Source: an uncultured Nitrososphaerota archaeon (GTDB taxonomy: Archaea; Thermoproteota; EX4484-205; JAAOZO01). From it: a stretch of 64,000 nucleotides of DNA. Position numbers and translations under genes: made by a program. Below, piece by piece: positions 10,365-20,536 of the stretch. The notes under the pieces are model-generated. The model was not told the origin of the DNA. It saw only the letters and a list, made by a program, of their open reading frames with translations, and ran no database searches. The stretch is taken from positions 69,950 to 133,949 of the forward strand of contig CAYOYV010000004.1 in the NCBI GenBank assembly GCA_964408285.1. Direction: 5' to 3'. Every line of letters begins with the position of its first letter. The stretch's first letter is position 1.

Positions 10365-11396
10365 TCATCGAAGGTACAATTGGCGGTCCACGAATCGACG
10401 CGCATCGTCCATGAGGACATTGGCCACAGACAGCATCGTCTCAGATGAATCGATGTCGAACAACTCCAAACACTTCAGGTGCCTGTTGACCCACTTTCTC
10501 GGATGACCTTGGAATGCATCGGACTGCCCGAACATATCAGGCGGGAGCTTCTGAAGGCTGGTTAGGTCTCTAAAAAGGGAGGATGTCACGAAGGGAAACT
10601 CAATGTACACTATCCAAACGAGATCCCTAGGATCGTTGCGGTAGACTGGTTCTATCCTGTTGTGAAACCAAGCTTCCGAGTTAGGTTGCTGGATCATGTA
10701 CTTCGGACCTATTGATTTTCCCCTGAAGAAACCCCAAATCTCACGATAGCCTTCTTGCAGATGTGATAGCAATTCCTGGCTGTGTTCTATTGTCTTCGGA
10801 AACCCGTAGAGTTGACAGCACCTCGTCACAAAATCTTCAGCTCCGTATTTTCTCACTGCCCGTTCGAGTCTACTGCACCTGCACTTGACGGTCCTGTTCT
10901 CCCCAGCAGCTACCGTTAGAACCATACTCATTGTCCATGCATACAGATGGAGGAATACGATGGTCGATCGAGGGTCAACACTGAGGGCTTCTTCGGCCCT
11001 TCTCAATAAGCCATCAGACTCAGCTAGATCGTTCTGAACCATTTGAAGAAGCTGTTCGTTGAGGTCTCTCGAGCCGAGCTCCTTAGTCATTATACCGTAG
11101 GGATCATAGATCGGGCGCGTTTCATATGGCAAGCGCGACAGGCTTTTCTCCCCAAAAAGGCCGAAGTCTACACTTATGCTGCCCTGCTCAGTGTTCAAGA
11201 CGGTGAACTCTCGATCTCCCTTCAGGATGACCTCAAGATCTATGTCAGAATGGGCCCATGTGTCCTCGTGAGCGAAGGATCCGGCAATGCCGAATGCAAG
11301 CACATCTGGGTTCGCCTTCAACCGCTCGACCTCTTTGGTCAGAACGTCTTTCCATGGAGGAGGAACCTTTCTAATGTCGAAGGGCCTTACATCCAT
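10365..11396 (-). CDS. Nucleotidyltransferase-domain protein (Pol-beta superfamily) with a C-terminal domain of unknown function
   Basis: GS-x9-DxD motif: GIAGSFAHEDTWAHSDIDLEV. 343 aa. Confidence 0.55.
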   Translation of the reverse strand: MDVRPFDIRKVPPPWKDVLTKEVERLKANPDVLAFGIAGSFAHEDTWAHSDIDLEVILKGDREFTVLNTEQGSISVDFGLFGEKSLSRLPYETRPIYDPYGIMTKELGSRDLNEQLLQMVQNDLAESDGLLRRAEEALSVDPRSTIVFLHLYAWTMSMVLTVAAGENRTVKCRCSRLERAVRKYGAEDFVTRCCQLYGFPKTIEHSQELLSHLQEGYREIWGFFRGKSIGPKYMIQQPNSEAWFHNRIEPVYRNDPRDLVWIVYIEFPFVTSSLFRDLTSLQKLPPDMFGQSDAFQGHPRKWVNRHLKCLELFDIDSSETMLSVANVLMDDARRFVDRQLYLR

Positions 11397-11581
11397 CTCA
11401 ATTCTACATAGATCGTTATTACCATTTATTTGTACGTGTTCAGTGAAGGTCTGGCCAAACCGGATCTGGCCTCAAAGGCTGTACTGAGGGTGATTGCACA
11501 ATCGGGGAGGAAGAGCGGGTAGAAGGCCCGATCGCCTAATTCTAGACCAAATAGAAACCAACACTTATAACGCTCGGTAGC

Positions 11582-12124
11582 TTGTCAAGAACCAAACGCA
11601 GGATGGCCAAATTCAGAAAAGTGACTCTGGTTGGGCTGTCCATTGCTACATTGGGGCTATTTGCGGTGCTGGTATTGTCTTTTCCTGTTACGAGTGCGGA
11701 AGAGATGATCAACATTTCGCTCGAACTTAATTCTGGAGCTGAATATGGTCCCCCGAGATCAGGAACCGGCTATCATACCCGAATACTTGGTTGGTCGATT
11801 CTGAAAGGTGAAGTAATGGCGGAAGGTGGAGACATCCATCTGACTGTCATTGGCTACAACACCAAGGACCTCGAGGATGTACAAGTAGGTCAGCATTGCA
11901 GTTTCGCTATCGATCGAGCGGATGATTTGTACACCTTCAGATTCCGCAACTCAGGGATCAGCGCAAGCTTGATCCATTTCACCTTGGAGGAGATCTGGAC
12001 TAGGCCTTTGGCATTCGCCTCAGGTCAGTTTTTCGTGCTGAGTTTGTTCTCAATCCTCCTGTTGGCTATTGGCATAATCATCCTAACCGTGACTTATCTT
12101 CGACATGGTTGGTATTCCACATGA
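11582..12124 (+). CDS. Small secreted/membrane protein
   Basis: N-terminal hydrophobic signal-anchor and a C-terminal TM helix. The listed start is TTG and the first in-frame ATG is 21 nt downstream. Confidence 0.4.
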   Translation: MSRTKRRMAKFRKVTLVGLSIATLGLFAVLVLSFPVTSAEEMINISLELNSGAEYGPPRSGTGYHTRILGWSILKGEVMAEGGDIHLTVIGYNTKDLEDVQVGQHCSFAIDRADDLYTFRFRNSGISASLIHFTLEEIWTRPLAFASGQFFVLSLFSILLLAIGIIILTVTYLRHGWYST

Positions 12125-12153
12125 CAAGAACATAGGCAACGCGCGATATTTCA

Positions 12154-13584
12154 TCATTGGATTTTGTTGATGCTATCTATAATATTGCCTATTCGACTGA
12201 TGTTATGCAGGACTAATCTCATCCGGAAAGAGCTCTTGGGTGCCATTGCCACTTGCCTAAGAAGATAACTTGGTCTAAGCACAAAATCGCGAAAGCCATC
12301 ATGGATCATCCGCTTTATTTCGGCTGAGGATATCCCATCAGGACACGCATCCGACACTAGAACGCCGGTCTCCCAATATTGTTCTTCATCCAGGAGTCCA
12401 TTGATCTTTAACTCATCCCAAATCGCCATTCCAGGATAGGCGATCAAGACATTAAACTGTGGGAGATCTATTGGAAGCTGCTTGGCGAGCTCGAGCGTAT
12501 TATGAATCTCCTCTTCTGTTTCGCCTGGGGCGCCCAAGATAAATGATCCGACTATCATATCTATTCCGGCCATTCTAGCTGCATCAACGGCCTTTCTCCC
12601 CTGATCAATGGAGGCTCCCTTGCCGTAGTAATCTAGGATCCTCTGAGTTCCACTCTCAATGCCGAAGTATATGACCTTGCATCCGGCTCTAGCCAGCTCC
12701 TTGAGCATATCATACGAGCATGTGTCGACCCTTCCTTCACAGAGCCATTCTATATCTAATCTCTCGTCCATTATGCTTCTGCAGAGCTCCATCACCCTCT
12801 TCTTGTTCAAAGTGAAATTGTCATCCACGAAAATGAACTGCCGGAATCCTTGGTCCGAAAGGCACCGTAGTTCCTCCAATACGTTTCTGACGGACCTTGC
12901 TCTCCAAGTCCTATGGGCGAACTCCTGGCAAACACAGAATCTGCATCGATAGGTACATCCTCGGCTCGAAACAATGCTAGTGAATTTCCTAGTGGCCAGC
13001 TTTGCGCCAGCGACCATGGAATGATACTCGGTGTCAAGCAGATTTCGATCCGGGAACGGAATTGAATCAAGATTCTCTATCAAAGGTCTATCCGGGGTCG
13101 AGACCACTGCGCCGGATTTCCTAAAATTGATCCCCGGAACGTCTTCGAGCTTACCTTGATTCCTCAAACGCTCCTCAAGATCGAGTATCGTGGCCTCTCC
13201 TTCTCCTCGGACTATGATGTCCACAGAAGGGTATTTCCCTAGGATTCGATCGGCATTGAATGTTGCATAGTAGCCGCCGAAGAGAATCACAACGCTTGGA
13301 TTCTCCTCCTTGACCTGCTCAGCTATAAGTGCTGCTGTGCGTCCGGAACTAGCAAATGTAGAGAAACCGAGGATTTGCGGGTCCTCCTTCTTCACCCACT
13401 TCAAGGTCTGGTCGATTGTCATACCCTTTGCGGGCTGATCTAGAACTGAGACCTCTACCCCTCTTTCCCTGAGCATTGTTGCCAGATACAATATTCCAAG
13501 TGGGGGCCACGCTGCAATGCCTCTTCTGCTCTCCCACTCAGGAAGATCTTCGTTTGGACTTGGGTTGATGAATGAAAGTTTCAC
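12154..13584 (-). CDS. B12-binding domain radical SAM protein (class B rSAM)
   Basis: An N-terminal cobalamin-binding Rossmann-like region is followed by the CxxxCxxC radical SAM cluster motif (RGCTYRCRFCVCQEF). 476 aa. Confidence 0.8.
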   Translation of the reverse strand: MKLSFINPSPNEDLPEWESRRGIAAWPPLGILYLATMLRERGVEVSVLDQPAKGMTIDQTLKWVKKEDPQILGFSTFASSGRTAALIAEQVKEENPSVVILFGGYYATFNADRILGKYPSVDIIVRGEGEATILDLEERLRNQGKLEDVPGINFRKSGAVVSTPDRPLIENLDSIPFPDRNLLDTEYHSMVAGAKLATRKFTSIVSSRGCTYRCRFCVCQEFAHRTWRARSVRNVLEELRCLSDQGFRQFIFVDDNFTLNKKRVMELCRSIMDERLDIEWLCEGRVDTCSYDMLKELARAGCKVIYFGIESGTQRILDYYGKGASIDQGRKAVDAARMAGIDMIVGSFILGAPGETEEEIHNTLELAKQLPIDLPQFNVLIAYPGMAIWDELKINGLLDEEQYWETGVLVSDACPDGISSAEIKRMIHDGFRDFVLRPSYLLRQVAMAPKSSFRMRLVLHNISRIGNIIDSINKIQ

Positions 13585-13724
13585 TTTCTGATTCCGTGAC
13601 TTCCGGCTGATTTGGTCTTGTATAAAACTGTTTTGAACTGAAGCTACGAAGGAACTCGCCCTCAGAACTCCGGTAAGGATCTTGCATGGTAAAGGACCAC
13701 ACGAATGCTAAGGGAAACGCCGGC

Positions 13725-13985
13725 TCAGAAAGGCTTTACCTCGAATACGTACACTCCAGAGTCAGGAACCTTGCTGATCACGATGGTGTCACTTGGCTTT
13801 GCTATTCTGTGCACCGGGAAGTAAATCCTGCCTTTTTCATCTATCCTTGCTCTGAGTCTTACCCCGACCACGATTATCGGAAAGATGCTTGGGAATGAAT
13901 TCCTGAACTTCTTCGGGATATATATGTAATCATTGTTGACCTCGCTTGGAGAGACTTTTTTTCTGAATACCTCTTCTCTGATCAT
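13725..13985 (-). CDS. Hypothetical small protein, possibly an AbrB/swapped-hairpin-like DNA binder
   Basis: 86-aa ORF sitting in its own intergenic space. The DYIYIPKKFR segment is reminiscent of swapped-hairpin binders. Weak. Confidence 0.3.
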   Translation of the reverse strand: MIREEVFRKKVSPSEVNNDYIYIPKKFRNSFPSIFPIIVVGVRLRARIDEKGRIYFPVHRIAKPSDTIVISKVPDSGVYVFEVKPF

Positions 13986-14091
13986 TCGCGGTCTTCCTAG
14001 TTCCTTTTCAATCCATTCGTCTAGATAAATTCATGCTGAGAGCCTGTAGGGTAGACTCCAAGAAGCCGACCTCAGGATTGCGTGATTGGGA

Positions 14092-15102
14092 TCAGGTGTT
14101 TTCGCGTATCAGTCTTCCGTAGAACTCGCCGGTTGTTGTAAACTTGCCAACGAGGATGTTCTCCGCAGCCCTCCTGTTAACCAAGCCAGTCGATTCATCA
14201 TAAGGCAAATTGGCTGTGCTGGTGTCATATTCGATGTAGGAGAAGAAAAAGGTCGTGCAGAATGGCGAGATATATTCGATGTTGTATGGGCGGGCTGACC
14301 TAACTATGACGGATAGGAGTTGCTGGTCAAGTGGAGCCCAGAAGCTGATAGAATCCCTCCTGAACACGTCTACGCTTGCGGCCACACTGCTTGTAATGGC
14401 ATCAGTCTTGTAAAGCCATGCTTCGTCGAGAATTAGGCTCTTGTTATATTCTCTCGCAATTTCTGCAATGGTCTGGATGCGTTGCAAGAACTCCCCATTG
14501 GTGGGGTATACATGCATCGCGATGAATTCTAGGTCAGTACTAGAGGCGAAGCTCTTGATATGCTCGATATTTCCCCACGTTCCAATCCCTGCCCCGATCT
14601 TCGTCCTGCCCCTATCAAGCCCCTCCAGAACATAGTTGATGTATTCTGTGTACTTCTGAGGGCTCTTCAGCTCCTCCAGGCGAAGAAGGGCGAATTCGGT
14701 GTCTGGTTCTGCGCCTAGGTTCAGGTAATCAGGAGCCAGGTCTCTCACAATGGTAGCGACCATGCATTCCTTTTCGTGAACATATCTAGTCCAAGTCAGT
14801 CCCACATAGCTTATGTTGATATTTGCGAAAGCTGTCCCCGAAAAGATAACTCCTGCCTCCACATTAACCTTCATCCCTCTTGGCCTGGCTTCCTGCATGA
14901 CTAGCTTGTAGAACGCAACGTATTCTTGATAGTTTGGAAAGCTTGGCAAGTACGAGGCATAGCTTATGGCTATCGTCACACCTTCTACTCCAAGCTCGTG
15001 AAGCCGATCAAGATATACAATGACCCCTTGGATCGCATTTGATCTGAGGAGGTCCGGTCCCCTATTAACGTTCGCGGGTAGCAGCTCTGCTCCAAATACC
15101 AC
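14092..15102 (-). CDS. Putative TIM-barrel glycoside hydrolase (clan GH-A-like)
   Basis: NLGAEPDTE (NEP-like acid/base), IAMHVYP and ILDEAW (nucleophile-like) are arranged as in GH5-like enzymes. This is judged by eye only. Confidence 0.35.
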   Translation of the reverse strand: MVFGAELLPANVNRGPDLLRSNAIQGVIVYLDRLHELGVEGVTIAISYASYLPSFPNYQEYVAFYKLVMQEARPRGMKVNVEAGVIFSGTAFANINISYVGLTWTRYVHEKECMVATIVRDLAPDYLNLGAEPDTEFALLRLEELKSPQKYTEYINYVLEGLDRGRTKIGAGIGTWGNIEHIKSFASSTDLEFIAMHVYPTNGEFLQRIQTIAEIAREYNKSLILDEAWLYKTDAITSSVAASVDVFRRDSISFWAPLDQQLLSVIVRSARPYNIEYISPFCTTFFFSYIEYDTSTANLPYDESTGLVNRRAAENILVGKFTTTGEFYGRLIRENT

Positions 15103-15138
15103 CTGATGTTTTCCTTCTACTCCATGCGAATCCGTATA

Positions 15139-15303
15139 TCATTCATACTTGTTCAAGTTTGCCCTCAGAAAAGAGTACATATCACGGTAATCTCCCGGTA
15201 CTGCTGCCGCTTTCAGGAAACTCAGAATGCGGCACAGGATGAGAACGCCAATTGCAGAGAGAATGACGAACGCAATCGCGACTACGATATGGCCAGCTTT
15301 CAC
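15139..15303 (-). CDS. Possible small single-TM protein (GTG start)
   Basis: Hand-translated 54-aa ORF (VKAGHIVVAIAFVILSAIGVLILCRILSFLKAAAV...) in a 424-nt gap between co-directional genes. It is not in the ORF track. Confidence 0.2.
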   Translation of the reverse strand: MKAGHIVVAIAFVILSAIGVLILCRILSFLKAAAVPGDYRDMYSFLRANLNKYE

Positions 15304-15525
15304 GGTCCAGCTTCACCTAGTTCGACTTCTTGCTCGCAGCTGATCTTTGCACAGGATAAACAAATGTGTGGTGACCAAAGGTCTCGAACAACGAAGACGA
15401 TAGGCTGTTGCTTGTATGATCTACAACGTAATGAACTTCCAGACTATTGCAATCTGTAAGATGGGAACTGCGTGGCGCGCGCCGACGGAGATGCTTGGAC
15501 TGAGCGGTTTTGATTCAGACTGGAG

Positions 15526-17010
15526 TCACAGAGTAAATTGCCTGTGATACGGATTCAGGTCAGAGTCGAGTGGCTCATTGTTCCCGACGAGGTGCTGTAC
15601 ATCCAAGGGCAACCTGTTGTAGACCCCTACTTTCCTACCCTTTTTCCAGAACGCGTCTTCAATGACATCATAGAGGGTCTCAAAAACCGGTTTATGCCTT
15701 TCAGTGAAACCCAGCAGGGCAACATCGATCATTAAGGCGACCTCATTGCCTAGGGGATCGTTTGTATACGGAGTTACTGCTCCATATCCCTCTTGACATT
15801 CAGAACAGCCCGTATTATGGATGAAAGTGTAGGGCTCTGTGGGGCTGTTCCACTTATTGTCCAAGGTCTTGAGTCTCAATCCCTCAAGGTATCTCTTTCC
15901 CTGCTGATCTATGAAATTCGATGGTAGATCGTCCTCTGTGGCCTTCACGACTGCATCCATTACAACCCGATAAAGCCCCTCAACAGCTTGGTGGAAGTCC
16001 TTTTGGCCATTGGTGAAGGGCCTACCCAATCTGAATGTCCTTCTCATAATACCATGATAGCCATTGAATGTTGGACTAACCCCCATCGAGACCATATCAC
16101 CTTCCCTTAGCAGATTGTTTGTCGCAGGTCCTATTACTGTATAGTTCCGTTGGCCAGCAGTGACAATAGTGGGGAATCCAGTCCTCCCTGCTCCCAGTTC
16201 CTTCATGACAAAATCTCCAACTCCGGCCACCTGAACCTCTGTCATTCCAGGAGTGGATACAGCCAACATGGCCCTGAAAGCAGCATCTGCTATGATGTTC
16301 GCCATTCCACATATAGCCAGTTCCACATCGGATTTCTCATACTTTATGAGCTGAAGGAGTCTCTCATCGAAAACTACCCTATCTGTCCCAAATATCCTCT
16401 GGAAAAGGACGACATGTTCATACGGTATGAACTGCGGGCTGGAGAGAATCGCAAGGGGTTTAGATTCCGATCTCGTGATATCTTTCAGGATATCTGCGAG
16501 TGATTCGAAACGAGCGTGTCTGTAGTCCTCATCTGATATCTGGAATTCCCTCAGAAGGGCAATATCAGCACCCGATTGCTCAACTCCCTCTTCCATGACA
16601 TGCCCTCCTTCAGAGCCAGCAAGCACAACTGGTGTACCATCGGCTGGAACGAGAATCCCGTAACGCTCTATGATCGGGTCAAATATTCCAGCGAGCCATG
16701 CCACATCGGATCTATCGAGTTCGCTGCCACACGCGTAAGCAATTCCGTAGCCCTTCATTCTCATTGCATCTTGCACTGCGGCCCACCTCTTCTTGTACTC
16801 ATCTCTCTCTATTCGCAATCCAAGATTCACTTTGTCTTTGGTTCCCTCAATTATCTCAGCCGCAATCTGGATCATTTCTTCTCGACTCGGATTACGCTCC
16901 ATTCCCACTGACCACCTGAATCTGATCAGGTGTCTGGATTCTGCCCTTATATCCATTCTCGGTTCGTGCCTTTCGACCAATTGACGCTGTGCGAAATGAC
17001 ACGCAAGCAT
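15526..17010 (-). CDS. M24-family metallopeptidase (Xaa-Pro aminopeptidase/creatinase-like) with a C-terminal extension
   Basis: A creatinase-like N-domain precedes a pita-bread region (GFPTIVTAGQRNYTVIGPATNN...DMVSMGVSPTFNGYHG). Confidence 0.6.
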   Translation of the reverse strand: MLACHFAQRQLVERHEPRMDIRAESRHLIRFRWSVGMERNPSREEMIQIAAEIIEGTKDKVNLGLRIERDEYKKRWAAVQDAMRMKGYGIAYACGSELDRSDVAWLAGIFDPIIERYGILVPADGTPVVLAGSEGGHVMEEGVEQSGADIALLREFQISDEDYRHARFESLADILKDITRSESKPLAILSSPQFIPYEHVVLFQRIFGTDRVVFDERLLQLIKYEKSDVELAICGMANIIADAAFRAMLAVSTPGMTEVQVAGVGDFVMKELGAGRTGFPTIVTAGQRNYTVIGPATNNLLREGDMVSMGVSPTFNGYHGIMRRTFRLGRPFTNGQKDFHQAVEGLYRVVMDAVVKATEDDLPSNFIDQQGKRYLEGLRLKTLDNKWNSPTEPYTFIHNTGCSECQEGYGAVTPYTNDPLGNEVALMIDVALLGFTERHKPVFETLYDVIEDAFWKKGRKVGVYNRLPLDVQHLVGNNEPLDSDLNPYHRQFTL

Positions 17011-17851
17011 GGAGCATCTTTATAGATTCCAGAACAGACTTGTATACCGGAGCGAGTTGAAAGGAACGGTGGACAAGGGACGAAAGCAGAGGGTTGTACT
17101 CGCGGTGGGAGCGCACCCCGATGATGTAGAGTTTCTCATGGCCGGAACTCTTTCCCTTCTTCACAAGAGGGGATGGGATGTCTGCATAGCAACGATTTGT
17201 ACTGGAGACATGGGATCGATGGAGCTGAGAAAAGAGGAAATCTCCAGCAAAAGGTTCCAGGAGGCCAAAAGCTCCGCGAGAATTCTCAGAGCGCCCTATG
17301 TCTGTCTCGGAGAGTCCGATCTGCACATAGTCTTCGACAACCCCACCCGTTCAAAGGCAATTGAGCTAGTAAGGAAGATAGATCCTGCCATTGTCATCAC
17401 TCACTCTCCGGAGGACTACATGTTCGACCACCAGTTGACTGCAGATCTGATGTGGGATGCTTGTTTCAGCGCATCGATTCCAAATTATGCGACCGATCAG
17501 GCCAACCCGGCAAAGCCGACTAAGAGGACACCATACCTTTACTACTCCGATGCTGTGGGGGGCTTGGACAGATTCGGCCGAAGGGTTCGGCCGGATTTCT
17601 ATGTAGATATAGGTTCAACGATGAACATAAAGGAGAAAATGCTAACAAGACATGAGAGCCAAAGGAGGTGGCTGCGCGAGCAACACGGAATCGACCAATA
17701 CATACTTCAGATGAAGAAATGGTCAAAGGAAAGAGGATCGGAGATTGGCAGGAAGTACGCAGAAGCATTCCGTCAGCACAAAGGCCATCCATTCCCAGAA
17801 AGCAATATTTTGGTGTCAATCCTTGGCCGGGGGTACATTGAGGTTGGTTGA
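17009..17851 (+). CDS. LmbE/PIG-L family N-acetylglucosaminyl deacetylase
   Basis: VLAVGAHPDDVEF...ATICTGDMG is the PIG-L signature. Confidence 0.7.
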   Translation: MEHLYRFQNRLVYRSELKGTVDKGRKQRVVLAVGAHPDDVEFLMAGTLSLLHKRGWDVCIATICTGDMGSMELRKEEISSKRFQEAKSSARILRAPYVCLGESDLHIVFDNPTRSKAIELVRKIDPAIVITHSPEDYMFDHQLTADLMWDACFSASIPNYATDQANPAKPTKRTPYLYYSDAVGGLDRFGRRVRPDFYVDIGSTMNIKEKMLTRHESQRRWLREQHGIDQYILQMKKWSKERGSEIGRKYAEAFRQHKGHPFPESNILVSILGRGYIEVG

Positions 17852-17883
17852 TCACCTACCAGTGTTTCTTTTGCTCACTCATG

Positions 17884-18744
17884 TTATTGTTGACTTGCGC
17901 AAACAACCTGTGAATCCGAAATCTTCTCGGCCAATATTGTCAAGGAATCGGATTCCAGTCCAAAATGGTCGGATAGATCGCCATAGATCTTGACAAGCGT
18001 CATTCCAACTTTCTCCAACATGAGGGTCAGTTCTGGAATCGTGTATTCCCTGAAACTGCTGATGTACGTCTTCGTCGTGTTGGTCTCCTTGTCAAGGACT
18101 TCCTCTTCAATATTGAGTCTGCTCGTGATGATGTCGAATGTCCAAATCGAACGTACTTTATGGGATTCATAGTCGTATTCGCTTGTGCCGACATATTTCC
18201 TTATGTAAGCGTCTCTGTTGTGTAAATCTAGCAAGAGCTTTCCGTCCTCAGTCAGTGCTTGAGACACCAATTGCAGGACTTGCTCATTTTCCTTGTCCGA
18301 GAAGAAGCCGAAACTTGTCCCCCAGCTCACCACGGCATTGAATTGATGACGATAATCTAGTTGTCTCATATCTCCTTGGACGAAGTCGACTCTTACTCCC
18401 TGATCTCTGGCCAATTGCCTTGCGATCTCAAGGAGGTCGTCGGAGAAGTCAAGGCCAACGACCCGGTATCCCATTCTCGCAAGTTCGATGGAGATCCTGC
18501 CGTAACCGCAACCTAGATCCAATATCCGAGCCCCGGATGGAATCTTCAGTGCATTTACTATGAAGCGTGCAGATCGAACATTGACTTCCTTCGACTTCAT
18601 CGGTTCCAATAGGAGCCACTCCTTTGTGAAGTATGTCTTCCACCAATCCTGCAAGTTTCTCCTCGCATTGCGCTCTCGCATAAGGCTACCAGGACAACCT
18701 GGCAGAATATCTACATTAAAGTTTGCAAGCATCGACTTAGACAT
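17884..18744 (-). CDS. Class I SAM-dependent methyltransferase
   Basis: Motif I ILDLGCGYGRISIELARMGYRVVGLDFS with an acidic post-I motif. Confidence 0.8.
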   Translation of the reverse strand: MSKSMLANFNVDILPGCPGSLMRERNARRNLQDWWKTYFTKEWLLLEPMKSKEVNVRSARFIVNALKIPSGARILDLGCGYGRISIELARMGYRVVGLDFSDDLLEIARQLARDQGVRVDFVQGDMRQLDYRHQFNAVVSWGTSFGFFSDKENEQVLQLVSQALTEDGKLLLDLHNRDAYIRKYVGTSEYDYESHKVRSIWTFDIITSRLNIEEEVLDKETNTTKTYISSFREYTIPELTLMLEKVGMTLVKIYGDLSDHFGLESDSLTILAEKISDSQVVCASQQ

Positions 18745-18880
18745 ACCATTGGTTCTGACCTGCTTTCCGGCAGTTGATCTACCTGCTTCTTGAGCCCAAC
18801 AATTCCTTGAGATCTATCAATTAGGTTCCGCTCTACAATCCTTAATAGTCTAATCACGTACCGCCTTCATTCAGAGAGAT

Positions 18881-19240
18881 ATGGTAGAAGAAGTGGCCTG
18901 TGACATTTGCAGCGCCAAGGTTCCAAAACCAAGTGGATATCTTCTCAATTCAAGTGAGGTTATCAACTCGTCGAGATATTGGCAACGGTACTACGAATAT
19001 CACAAAGACGAATTCCAATTCATGGGAATTTCGTCTTATGAAGGATTCAGACGCAATTCGATCTTATGGAACACGACCTACAACACATTGGCAGGTCAAC
19101 GGACTCCTTGGCTGGTATGTGATAGCTGTATTGCGATCTTCAACGTTGATCGTCAAAGGGCTAGACGACATGCCGAGCAGTGGTGGGAAAGTGGAGGATC
19201 TTTTCAACCCGCAAATTGGTGGGAATTCTGGAAGAAATAA
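18881..19240 (+). CDS. Hypothetical zinc-ribbon-like protein
   Basis: CDIC...CDSC pairs (CxxC x~70 CxxC). 119 aa, Trp-rich C-terminus. Confidence 0.35.
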   Translation: MVEEVACDICSAKVPKPSGYLLNSSEVINSSRYWQRYYEYHKDEFQFMGISSYEGFRRNSILWNTTYNTLAGQRTPWLVCDSCIAIFNVDRQRARRHAEQWWESGGSFQPANWWEFWKK

Positions 19241-19255
19241 CTAGCGCAGGTGATC

Positions 19256-20398
19256 TCACTTCCGCTCCATTCGTCTCTTACCTAATTCGGCGCAAAGATC
19301 CAGATACAACTTGATTGCCTGCGGGGGCGTATTCCAAGGGATGTGGTTCCCAACGCAGAAGACATAGCCGCCAGTCATGCTGGCTGTCTCCACCATTCGC
19401 AACACCATATCCTCTATTTCGAGGTGATCATTGCGTAGAAGGATTCTGCAATCTCCCTCTCCAGCCAAGAAGCAGTTGCGATATTTTCTGGCGATGGCAC
19501 GATAATCGGTGTATGGTTCGCTTATGATGCCTCTCGCACCACAGGCCATGACATCATCGACATAGGCGTCCATGCAACCATCCGACATGAAGATCACTTC
19601 CTTCCCTGCAGTCTTGACGATATCCCAGAATTCCCTGTAGCGGGGAAATATGTAGCGACGCATCCATTCTGGAGACAACACTGGCCCATGTGAGCTGACG
19701 ATATCGTCATGGCAGATCACGAAATTGACCGGTAACCTTGCAAAGACGCGAAATACCCGTCTGTTGATCTCTGCGAATTCATCCATAATGCGAGCGAAGC
19801 GCTCGTGAAGGCACGTTCGGAGGAAAAGATTCCACCCAAATGTGAGAAGTGGCCACATGAACATCGTGTTGTAGAAGCTCACGGAAGCTGTGGATCCATC
19901 CGGAGCGCTGTCACGCCACTCCGATGGGTAGTTGACGCGATATGCTTTGTAAAGTGCCTCTTCGGTCCTATAGTCATGTGATTCGACGACCGGGATCTCC
20001 CTGAAGTCCCCTTGTTTCAGTGGCGAAAAGGCAAACACATCTTCCGGAGACTTGAACTGCTGCCCCCAATTCCAGTGACTCGTGATTGAATCTCCCCACC
20101 GAACGTACCGCCGTCCCTTCTCGTCGGCGAAAGAGCTTCCCCTGCCCAAGCCCAACTGCGGTCGAGGAAGTGGATCGTCTTTGCCTGGGATAGGGAGCTC
20201 AAGCTGTGGATAGAGCTCGGCCATCTTCTGACGACATAGGCGAGGGTGCTCATAGTAATCAATGCCTGTCAGGTAGGTCTCGGCATCCGGACAGGACCAG
20301 TGCTCCCAATGGGGAATGCGCTGGGGCCAACGCCCCATGAAGGCCAGGTATTTGTCGCTATGCTCCACCATAACGAACCAGAACCGGATTCGGAACAA
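19256..20398 (-). CDS. URO-D family protein (second copy; methyltransferase MtaA/uroporphyrinogen decarboxylase-like)
   Basis: URO-D-like core (IFMSDGCMDAYVDDVMACGARGIISEPYTD). 380 aa. Confidence 0.65.
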   Translation of the reverse strand: MFRIRFWFVMVEHSDKYLAFMGRWPQRIPHWEHWSCPDAETYLTGIDYYEHPRLCRQKMAELYPQLELPIPGKDDPLPRPQLGLGRGSSFADEKGRRYVRWGDSITSHWNWGQQFKSPEDVFAFSPLKQGDFREIPVVESHDYRTEEALYKAYRVNYPSEWRDSAPDGSTASVSFYNTMFMWPLLTFGWNLFLRTCLHERFARIMDEFAEINRRVFRVFARLPVNFVICHDDIVSSHGPVLSPEWMRRYIFPRYREFWDIVKTAGKEVIFMSDGCMDAYVDDVMACGARGIISEPYTDYRAIARKYRNCFLAGEGDCRILLRNDHLEIEDMVLRMVETASMTGGYVFCVGNHIPWNTPPQAIKLYLDLCAELGKRRMERK

Positions 20399-20536
20399 GC
20401 ACGATCATATATAGGAGTAACTCATGCCAAGAAGCCCCATCTAGCCGTGCATGTCGAGTGCTTCCAATCAGGGGCGGGAGCTCTAATTCTCAAGCGCGGT
20501 GTGTTTGCTCCTGAGCGGGCGCGATCTGATAGTAAG

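Noticed and set aside
10365-11396. Nucleotidyltransferase as the antitoxin half of an MNT-HEPN toxin-antitoxin pair
   Set aside because: The protein is 343 aa with a large extra domain and there is no adjacent HEPN gene, so it is more likely a stand-alone nucleotidyltransferase.
15106-15459. 117-aa + strand ORF in the 15.1-15.5 kb gap
   Set aside because: Cys/Arg-rich translation with no coherent fold features, running against the orientation of both flanking genes.
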